32,029 bases of DNA, from the NCBI GenBank assembly GCA_051942245.1, contig JAVECL010000265.1, positions 1-32,029 of the forward strand. The letters run 5' to 3'. Origin of the DNA: Trypethelium eluteriae. Taxonomy: Eukaryota. Positions 1 to 9,382 of this stretch are shown piece by piece; the stretch's first letter is position 1, and the number at the start of each line of letters is the position of its first letter. The position numbers and the translations under genes are program-made. The notes beneath the pieces were generated by a model. That model did not search any database. It saw only the letters and a program-made list of their open reading frames with translations, and was not told the origin of the DNA.

Positions 1-264
1 GACGCCGAGGCGGTCAAACACCGCTTATTTCTCCTGCCCAAGCCAAGCACCCTCTCACCCCGTGCTGCTGTGGCACCCACGCCCCCAAGCCAACAGAGCC
101 CACCGCGTGCCCTCCCAGTGCCACCAAAGCCCAGTCGCACCAACGGAACCCTCTCCCCCCGCGACAACCCCAGCACCCCCAGCTTTTGTCCACCAGTGTC
201 AGCCCTGCCAGCTGAGTGGCTTAGAATAGCCGGAGCTAACCATACATCTGACCTCAGCCTTTAA
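1..264 (+). CDS. Possible 3' end of a gene entering from the left; Pro/Ser-rich C-terminal region, product unknown
   Basis: Frame +1 is open from base 1 to TAA at 262-264 (DAEAVKHRLFLLPKPSTLSPR...RALPVPPKPSR...). T-rich 3'UTR-like sequence follows near 430-465. A GCTAAC...CAG signal at 235-257 hints at an intron, so the true end is uncertain. Confidence 0.3.
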   Translation, partial: DAEAVKHRLFLLPKPSTLSPRAAVAPTPPSQQSPPRALPVPPKPSRTNGTLSPRDNPSTPSFCPPVSALPAEWLRIAGANHTSDLSL

Positions 265-1189
265 TATTCATCACCACCACCAACCCTCAGCCTGACGACT
301 TCGCGAAGTCTAATCGTGGCATTTCCAATTTCGAGCTGAGTGATCTTGACCGACTCCGAAACCCTTGCCAGTGCTAGGATATGCAGGGTGGATAACCCCA
401 TACCATCTCCTTACAAATACGGGGTGCAGATGTTATGTTGTTATCTTTCGTCTTTTCTTTTGGGTGCTGAGTAAGTGTCAGATACCCCGAGTGATTTCGT
501 CTGAACTCCGCAACTCCACGCTTTGTAGCCGAGGGGCCGCCGAGAGATCCGCCATTGCAACATATGGGTCAGAAAACAGTCGGGATCGACCGGATAATGA
601 GGCATGGGCGTAGTGTGCTGGGGTAGATCAGCCCGAGGCGCTCAGAACTACCTAACGCATCTTTTTCCCACGTGGGCCATGGCGCCAGCCGTCGATCACG
701 TCTACTGAGACATTCCGCCATAAGAAATTCTTACGTGCCTCTGGAACTCCTTCCGACTGCCCAAAGCGTTTCAGGTGTCGACCATGATGAACTAAAACTC
801 ACCACAACAAGTTATACATGTCGATCAGAGCCTGGAACGGGTATGCCCTTGAAGAAGCTGAACGCCAATCTTATGGGTAAATCCTTTTTAGTCGTGGTTC
901 CTATGCGTTTCGACTTATTAGGATCCCATCTGTTTCTGGATCTTTTGGCTGTACATGGGTGCATGCATGAAGCTGAAGAAGAATATTAGGGAGTTCACTG
1001 CAGCACGCCTTAAACCTCAGAATCCAGCCACCAGCGAGATAATACTTCTGGTGCACTTCCATTTTCTTCGATGCTAGGTGTATCCGAACTTTCATGGATA
1101 ACCCATGTAGGTAATTTCGTCAGGCACGACCGCCTAAGTAACTTTCTCTAGTCATAAACCCTTTTCATAGACTTTGAGCATACAAAGTA

Positions 1190-2608
1190 TTAGCCTCGGT
1201 CCTCGGACCCCCAATAGCCTTCCCAGTTAAACTTTAACACTTCGTCTCCCCAGCTCCACCAGCCAGCAACCAGGTACCTAGCGAAAATCTCGAGCGCGCA
1301 GTAGCTAGCTGGATCCCTCATCATGGGCTCAATCAATTTCTTCAAGCAAGGTTTTCGGGAATGTAGATCCGGGACTGCTATGATTACTCTCCTCTTCACG
1401 TCTTCGAATCCATCACTAGGACGAGCAACCTGAAACGGATCACTGGGACGTTGACCTAATAGAAGCACTTCGTAGGGCTTCCTCCACAGACCCTGCAGAG
1501 ATGTTACTGGCTCCCCTTTGGTTGTTGTTTTCGTCCACAACCACTCCTCCTTTGGACTGACGTTCCATGCTTCAAATAACCCACCCTTGCCAAGGACTAG
1601 ATCGCGAACAGTGGACTTGTTGGTGATCCAGACTCCGACAATAGAGCCTGGAGCCATGTATGAGTCGACATCCATGCGGAAGAGCATCTGCTTAACTCCG
1701 CGCATGTCTCGTTCAGTAATATATGTTCTGGAACGCTTGACTGATCTATTAGGCCAAGGCGGATCGAGTAGAATAAAGTCGAAGGTCCGGCAGGTGTCGT
1801 ATTCTTGTGACATGTAACGAACCGATTCCCGAAATGCACTCGCATTTGCGCAATTACCAAGCATGAACGTGGATTTCCCCGGGATGTGGAAGCGGAATCT
1901 GGACGATGAGCTATTTGCCTCCTGACTTTGAAGACTCAATTCTACATCAAGCTGCTGGTCAAGTGCATTGTGAAAAACATTATCCCATGTTTTTGAGCTT
2001 GGCAAACGAGCGATCTCACCTGGTCCTGCATCTTCAATGGCAATCGATCCTGGAGCTGAGTCGGACATTAGGATATCTGGTGACAGGACGGATTCTTTGT
2101 CTCCATGGGCGAGATCGGCCAGCATCGAATCAAGTACCATAATTTCATTGCTTCCGAGATCATCTATTACTTTAGATGGACGCGTAGTGTTGGAGTGTGG
2201 GCTATTCTCTGCATAGTTATCCACAACTTCCTGCCCTCCGACTACGTCAGCTTTGCGCTTCCTCCCCGTGCCTGATCGAGCAAAACTCCATCCTCGAGGC
2301 AGACACCAAATTCCACGATGCTCAGAGCGAGTCTCTGCCAAAGCATCGTTGATAAGAGAAGCATAAATCGAATGAAGATTCGAATCTACAGATTGCAGGT
2401 CAATTTGCTTTCTGGCTGTAGTTGACTTTGGCTCGTTATCATCGAATGGTTCTTCTAAAGGCTCGCACGAATAGATTATCTCCCCAATAGAATGTGTGCT
2501 TGCACTCTGTGCCTCGGATATTGATGCTGGGATATCCAGTAGCGTTACCGTCTGCTCATCGTTCTGATAGATTATTGATCGTTTAATCGTTGATGCTTGT
2601 GGTGGCAT
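1190..2608 (-). CDS. MT-A70 family N6-adenine methyltransferase, METTL4-like, 472 aa, single exon
   Basis: Catalytic FILLDPPWPNRS motif, followed by VWITNK, EEWLWTKTTTKGEPV, RKPYEVLLLG, HSRKP and LEIFARYLVAGWWSWGDEVLKF, in the order typical of the METTL4-like clade of MT-A70 proteins. Confidence 0.92.
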   Translation of the reverse strand: MPPQASTIKRSIIYQNDEQTVTLLDIPASISEAQSASTHSIGEIIYSCEPLEEPFDDNEPKSTTARKQIDLQSVDSNLHSIYASLINDALAETRSEHRGIWCLPRGWSFARSGTGRKRKADVVGGQEVVDNYAENSPHSNTTRPSKVIDDLGSNEIMVLDSMLADLAHGDKESVLSPDILMSDSAPGSIAIEDAGPGEIARLPSSKTWDNVFHNALDQQLDVELSLQSQEANSSSSRFRFHIPGKSTFMLGNCANASAFRESVRYMSQEYDTCRTFDFILLDPPWPNRSVKRSRTYITERDMRGVKQMLFRMDVDSYMAPGSIVGVWITNKSTVRDLVLGKGGLFEAWNVSPKEEWLWTKTTTKGEPVTSLQGLWRKPYEVLLLGQRPSDPFQVARPSDGFEDVKRRVIIAVPDLHSRKPCLKKLIEPMMRDPASYCALEIFARYLVAGWWSWGDEVLKFNWEGYWGSEDRG

Positions 2609-4732
2609 GCCTTGCTGTTCTTCGGATTCTCTGTATATGCGAAGTCTAATTCTAGACCCGGACAGGTGGGAAAGATGTCTGCCTTGACAGTATTAGTGCT
2701 CTGTAAGGCTAAGATATTGCAGCATCGCCAGAACACCGAGAAGGGCCTGGGCAGTTGCTTGCCTAAGTATTAGGTATGTACGGAGCACTCCGTGCGGAGG
2801 GTGGTTGACTAGTGGCAACGTGGCGGTCGCGTGGGTTCCAGCCGCACGCCGTCCCGTCGCGTGCTCAATGCCCCTAACGGTTACTCTAACAAGCGCTGAT
2901 GTCCTACTATTAGTACCTAGCCGATATTACCACGGATATACGCAGGCCTGCAGGTCTGCTCTGCGCGCCTCAGCTTGAAGCCTCAAGTACGAATTCTTCG
3001 GTACGTCTAGCCCTGTGAATCCACTCGCAGATGGTGGTTATTAGCACAAGCCGCCCAAAGAAGCAAGCATTAGACAGTCGAAGATAGATTTCTTGAACGC
3101 GCCGGGGAACGATTCGGTACGACCTTAATCCCAATCTCCTTCTAATGCGACCGGGATTTTATGCATGCATGCCTTTCCAACAATAGTCGATGGTGTGTTC
3201 TGGACCGAAGCAGAATATCCGCGTAAGTCGTTCACAGCACCTCTGTTAGTAAATAATCTACTGAACCAGGTCGCTGCAGGCCGAATAGAGTTGCGCCTGA
3301 AGAAGAGTCGATCGATGCATCTACTACGGAAGGAGAAAAATAAGCGGTTGGAAATGGGTAGGAGTCACTCGGCCACATGACTCCGTGACACCCTGATCAT
3401 AGAATGGCAACCCGCTTTGACTACGCCTCTTCTGGACCTCGAACACAAAACAGCTACGGTGCTAGAACCTCAGGTCAAAGAAGAAATTGCCCCACGACAA
3501 TTGACGACACGGAAGACCCCCTCATCGCATGTCTTAGATCCAACCCTAGAACGATTAAGAAATCTGCAATACCCGCAGAGGCTAGAGTGGTGATAATGAT
3601 GGAACTTGAGGACGAATTGCGGTAACCAGTGCGTCTGACAAGCAGGTGGTCGCCTTATCGCCTCGGGGGCTATGAATTACAACCTGAAATCCATTGCGGA
3701 CTGAGTATATGGGAATTGATTTGGAGGAAATGTATGAAGTCCTGTTACTTGCAGTATTGCGGCAGTCCACTACTGGGCAGGAAAAGCTCCAAAGCCGAAT
3801 GCTCCGCAAAGGTGGGTTGTGATAATCAGAAAGATTGCTCTGCCATTGGTTGGTCGCTTTTCTACGATCAGTCCGATCGACAACACAATCTGGAGTCTAT
3901 CGGGCTCCTTATACGTCCGACTCATAGTGTGTGAACCTTCCATTGCCTTTGTTTCCTTTCATGATCCAACAGGAAGCTTTTCAAAGCAACCATCGACTGT
4001 GGGTTCATTGGCCAGAACTTGAAGCAGGGAGTGGGCTTCCAGTTCATGCGGGCGCTGCATTCAGTGACGTGAACAATCTTCGGGCTCTACTCGCTGATAC
4101 TTTCTCACATTATCTTTTTTTGTCCAGTGGGTATGCAAAGACCCCGGCTTTGATATGTTACATCACGCCGTGTGACTGGGCGCTAATTGAGCCAATCGGC
4201 GAACATTCGTGTTTTCTACTAATACGTAAGGCTATGCATGAGGCGGGGGGCTAGCTGCAGCCTGGCTATACCCAGTCGTCAGCTGCAGGGCAGGCGGTGG
4301 ACTGTACGTGTTCGGTTACATGCAATTCGGCACTTGGAAGGACGTAAGCGGCTCATTGCCTGTGGATGTAAGTAGAAACTGTAGCGTTGACCAGGTAGGT
4401 GTAGGCCTGGATTCCTCGGTCTATCGTTAGATTATTGAAACACTTCGAGAAGAAGTCTTGAGAATATTTCCAGCTCAACAGAGATGATCGCACACTAGCT
4501 AGGGCGAAAGAACACTATTATGCCTAAGGAATTCATCATCTAACTGAACTCAGGAAAGACACTCTCAGACTGACAGGTCGCCTATCATTCTGTAGGGTTT
4601 ATTCCTACGGTCCATTCACTGATGGCCGATAAAAGCAAACTTCTCCGATTTTCGTTACAACATTACACCTCGAGGAAAGGCTTCTTTGATCCTTTGCTGC
4701 CCCTGAGGTTGGCAACGGCGAGATAGCTTGTT

Positions 4733-6859
4733 TCATTGGGGATTTTCCTTATTCTTTTCCTTCTTCACACTCTTCCAACCCATGCCAAGCGCCGTAAAAA
4801 ATGCCATGGCCCCACTTCCTGCAGCCAAATAAAATGTCTGATCTAATGCGCGACTGTACGCCGCCAAGACCCCTCCTAATTGCTGAGGACTCACCAATTG
4901 TCTCAGTCCTGTTGCGCCTCCCTCTATGATGGGCTCAGCATCCACACCGGGCGCCAAAGCCGCGACAGCTGGCCCTAACCGATTTGCAAAGGTTGTCTGA
5001 CCAAAAGCCACAAACAATGTCCCGCCAAAATACTGTGCGAAGTTCACCAAGCCTGTGCCCACCGGAATGCGAGGCTTGGGAAGGCAGTTCTGTACTGCGA
5101 TGACAGGCATCTGAATGGCCATTCCGCGGCCTATGCCAGCGAGAATTTGGTAGCCTATCCACTTCCCAGTGCTTGTGTGGGGACTAAAAGTGCTCATGAG
5201 CCCAGCACCAAGGCCCGTGAGGGCCGAGCCGAAGAGAGCCCACGGGAGGTAGTATCCTTGCTTGCTGACCGCCCAGCCGGAGATCAGGGAGGAGGCGACT
5301 TGTGAGAGCATTGTAGGCAAGATCATGACACCGGATAGCAGTGGAGCAGCGCCTTTCACGGCTTGGAAGTAGATCGGAAGATAATAAGTCAGAACAAGGA
5401 GGCCGCCCCATTGAAGAAAGCCAGTGGCGCAGGAAAAAGACACGATGCGGTTTTGGAACAGAGTCAACGGGATCATGGCTTTGTCGCCACGCCACTGATC
5501 CCAAACGAGCCAAAGAAGAAAGGAGACGCCGGATCCGACGAAGAGACCGATAACGGTAGCAGAGGACCATGGATGAGAGACCCCCCCGAACTGGATGGCA
5601 AGAAGGAGGAGAGCAGTGGCGGGAGCAAAGAGAAAGAACCCAACGACGTCAATCGTCTTGATCATCTCCAGGGCGGATAGGCTGCTGTTGCGTTTTTGCG
5701 CGCTGTCTGGAATAAAGATGATGCCCACCAAGGCCATGACAGAGGCACCAATAGGGAGGTTGAGCTGTCATTCGACTTTCACGTCAGCACGTCTGTCTTC
5801 ACACTCTGCTGAAAAGGAGCTTCCGCTCACATAGAAGCACCATCGCCACGTGACACGTTCCGTCAATGCTCCACCTATTAGAGGGCCAATGACTTGTCCA
5901 CACGCAGATGTGGATCCTGCTATTCCTGACAGCATAGGCCGTTTCTCCATCGGTGCAGCGGCGGCAATGATGGTGAAGGCACCGTTGAAGATTCCTGCAG
6001 CACCACTGCCGGCTATGGCTCTGCCACCAATGAACATGCCAGAGCTGACAGCAGTGGCGCAGATGAGAGAACCAAGTTCGAAGATGAATACCGAAGCAAG
6101 AAAGACATATTTAGATTTGAAAAGGGAGTAAAATTTGGCGCTGAGCGGAAGAAGGGCACAGCTAGCCAATTATCAGTAAACATGTTCCGTCGCAGCCAGG
6201 ACATCGATTCTTACTTTGTTAAGAGATATCCGGAGCCATACCTGTTCAATTGTCAGTGTCGTCGCAGCTTGATTTCGGCTACTGGTAGACGCAAAGAGAA
6301 CGACAATAAGCAGCGCTCTAATCTATCCTACGCAGTTACGATCGAACCTTCTCGGACAAGAACTAACACGTCGTAGCCACCGTGCTCTGGATGTTAAGGA
6401 GTGTGTTCTCGTGTACCATTTCTCAGAAGTGTTACCAGAGGGAGTGGGTTCTTGGTGGTATATACAGTGAATTATGGTGCACAATCGCTCCATCTATCAT
6501 TCATTTCCCGTCGAAGGAAAGACTTACCAGCCTACGTCCTTCACCGAATTGAATTGGTCCGTTATCTTGGGAATTGCGGTTGCGACAATGGACGCGTTGA
6601 GCGTGACGAGAAAGACGGCGACGATGATTGCTGCTAATAGCAAAGCAAGTTTGGCACCCTCGATATGTTGATCATCCTGATCTCGTTGCGGCTGCGCTTC
6701 GGTTTGCTCGTTTATAGCAGTTCGACTATCTTCATGTTCTCCCAGTGCCGCAATCGGAAGCCGAGCGTCCTTCTCGCTTTGCTGCAATTCAATCTGTTCG
6801 CCGCTTGTGTAAGAGCGAATGCTCTCAGGAGCCAGGGACTGGCTTGATGCCATTATCAT
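4733..6859 (-). CDS. MFS drug:H+ antiporter (DHA2, 14-TMS type), probable cluster efflux pump, ~573 aa. Exons 6859-6528, 6241-6215, 6161-5831, 5764-4733
   Basis: The spliced frame is continuous: FLVTLNASIVATAIPKITDQFNSVKDVGW|YGSGYLLTN|CALLPLSAKFY...FIGGRAIAGSG...GPLIGGALTERVTWRWCFY|LNLPIG...YYLPIYFQAVKG. All three introns are GT..AG with CTGAC/CTGAT branch sites. The start may instead be the ATG at 6853. Confidence 0.93.
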
Positions 6860-7580
6860 AGAAGACAGCGGATACTGAGCGCCATTCGTTTTAAACACAG
6901 TAAGTTGAGACAAGACGTATCATTGAGCATTGGAGATAACTTGAGAGAGCATAGACATAGTGAGTAAGGCTGGCTTAGGAGATTTGTACGGCCGTAAGGC
7001 TAGTCTAGATCAGCTCTTTAGAAGTACGACTGACCGTATCGGCTCGAGAATATCGTGACTGGAATTGAAGGAAGCCAAAGGAACGGCCCTCATCTACCGT
7101 GCCGCCATGTGTATGTTGGTTGGCCCCATTCTTTATGCCGAACGTGCGTATGTCGCCGACCACGGATGCAGCATCAAAACGGTAGTGATCGATGGGGCTG
7201 ACCAATGGCAGAGCAAGTGAAGCGAAGAAGGTACCCAGGTGTACTAGACCCATACTCTAGAGCGAGATGCGCGCGCTGACAGTCACGTTGAAACGACGAC
7301 ATATACACCGTACAATTTGGTAACTCTCAGCGGAGCGGAAGTTCGGCGATCTCGGGTTTGAGAGGTTGTCGCTTCTGAAGGATTCACGGACATGTAATGC
7401 AACGCTTACAGTGGCACTCTGACAGGCCGTCCGTGGAATGGTCTTAACCGTCTTACCTCTATGAGCGGGGCTTGTGGAACCGGCTATTTTCGTCAAGAAT
7501 TCATTGCTTCCTTGCAAAGTTATGGCACGGCAAAATTATTTTTTGTTACGCTAAAAAGCGGACAGGTAATTCCAATGTCA

Positions 7581-9382
7581 TCATGATCCAAAGCCTCTAT
7601 AAAATTGGTGCAACCTTTCGTAAATCAAACTCTCCTTTGCCTTTGCTTCTTTCAAAGACATTTCCGCGCCGATCAGGGTTGAGCTAACATTAGCGCTCTC
7701 TCTGGAGACTTCCTCACCCCCATTGGCGGTAGTTTGAGATACTTGCTGACTTATGCAAGAGTGCATAGCTTTATCCATGTTCCCAAGAAGTTAAGAAAGG
7801 AGCTGAACTAGCATTCCTACTTGAAGTTCCGAGGATCCGTAGGCATCAGACGAGGTAAGTATTTTCTTGAGGAGGTCCGTAAAAGGTTCGTACACATTAA
7901 GTAATGTGAAATAGCAAGAAGAGGCGAGTAGAACGATTGACCCATCGATAGCCTCGAATGTTGTGGGACTTGGAGTATTGCGCAATTTCTGCAAGTCTGC
8001 CACTCTAGCATGGTCTAATTCGATCTTTTTCGGCGCCTGGATTGTCCCTAGAGATTGACTTACTGTACTTGGCTGCGAGTGTGTGTCTGGCGAGGTCTGA
8101 GTCAGACCGTCCAAAATCTCAACAAACTCTTGTGAGTTTCGAAACAACTCCGCGACAACAGTGGGCCGAATCGAAGAGGATGACAAGTGCGATGACGGCT
8201 TACCACCGAGTACATAATTCGCGATAAGCAAGAGATTTGCTGCCGAAAACTCTTGTCCTGAAACTAGGGTAGAACCCATTGCCCTCGCGCATCCACGCAT
8301 TTCCAGGAGCAGGCAGGATAAACGTCGCGCAGGATCCTGGGTCGGACATGGAATAGACGTGAAAAGCTCGCCAGAGTCTTGAAATCTTGTTGGAATTTCA
8401 ATGGGGATGGGAATAGCGGGGGAACCATCGCTGCCCAGTTCTGACGAAGTGTGGGAGGCCACGTCGGCAGGACCACGTGTGACGCCAAAATCAACGGAGT
8501 CCACGTCTCCTTGCCAGTGAGAATTGGATAGATCGCTATTCAGAAGATGATTTTCCAGCATTCCGTCCATAAACTGCCAGTCTTGTGGCCAGGGAGGGTG
8601 GGCATTGCCTTGTTGCAGAGAATTATTCATCTGCAACGGGTTCACCTGGTCCGATGTTTTTGCATCATCTACATGTGTTAGCTGGTCATATCTCGAACGA
8701 TCTGGGGTGAAGTATTGATGGTTCTTTGATATCTACCTTACCGCGGAGGGGGGGTTCCTCAACTGGTCATTAATACAATGTTATCTCAATTTTACTGTTA
8801 GAACCATGTTGGCCCATGTTAAGGCGGTGTTAACATGGACCAACAGGCTCATAACAGTATCTTTAAAATAACATTGTATTAATTACCAGTTGAGGAACCC
8901 CCCCTCCGCGGTAAGGTAGACAAGGCCAATGATGGATGAGCTAGTGCGGGCGCTTGAAGTAGTATGACGAGGGAGAAATGATATTGTGTACGCAGCAAGG
9001 AAAAAACTGTTCATATGGAAAGCAAGAGCTTTTACTAACCTCTTAGTATGTGGAAGTCGATCCTGTCTCCCGGCTTCCGTATGCTGACCCCAGGGTTGTG
9101 TAATCTTTTGCCATTGTCGCTCACGGCGTCTGGATCCGCGGTCGTTTTTTGAAAGACTACAGATCTTTCCGTCTGACCATTCTCCGTGTCTCTAGATTTT
9201 CCAGTGCCAAACGGTCGCCCCATCCGTGACGGTGAGCTGAACTTACATTTGACGTTCGCACGCAGGCATCTTGCGCAACCGTCGGAGCGGGAACTATCGC
9301 TGGCACATCGAAGTTTCTGCGAATGGCATCTATCACAAGCAAGGCGCTTCGAGCCTGTCCCAGCTGGTTCCGAGGCTTTCAT
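7581..9382 (-). CDS. Zn(II)2Cys6 cluster-specific transcription factor. Exons 9382-9040 and 8668-7581; apparent premature TAA at 7793-7791 (406 aa rather than 476 aa), so possibly a truncated or pseudogenised allele
   Basis: N-terminal [12 protein letters not shown]9[11 protein letters not shown] binuclear cluster followed by SRMGRP. A phase-1 intron (GTTAGT at 9039, GCTAAC branch, TAG ending at 8669) joins exon 1 in frame to the 7791-8645 ORF. The same frame resumes after the TAA as LLGNMDKAM... up to TGA at 7581. Confidence 0.85.
8736..8916. mobile_element. 181-bp non-autonomous foldback element / MITE with 49-bp TIRs and probable TA target-site duplication (Tc1/mariner-pogo-like), inside the transcription-factor intron
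   Basis: 8732-8784 and 8868-8920 are reverse complements at 52 of 53 positions (TCTA-CCTTACCGCGGAGGGGGGGTTCCTCAACTGGT...). TA flanks the element at 8734-8735 and 8917-8918. The interior is also self-complementary about position 8826. No ORF. Confidence 0.85.

Noticed and set aside
365..1095. Short ORFs (365-613, 672-989, 901-1095) left of the MT-A70 gene
   Set aside because: No recognisable motif and no consistent splice model; probably 3' intergenic sequence.
7005..7253. 82-aa minus-strand ORF with a hydrophobic, signal-peptide-like start (MGLVHLGTFFASLALPLVS)
   Set aside because: Lies in the ~720 bp that must hold the regulator's terminator and the MFS promoter; no Cys pattern or known motif. 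Likely chance.
8732..8920. The hairpin as a tRNA, snoRNA or intrinsic terminator
   Set aside because: A single long unbranched stem with TA flanks; no cloverleaf or evident box motifs, and the eukaryotic intronic context fits a MITE better.
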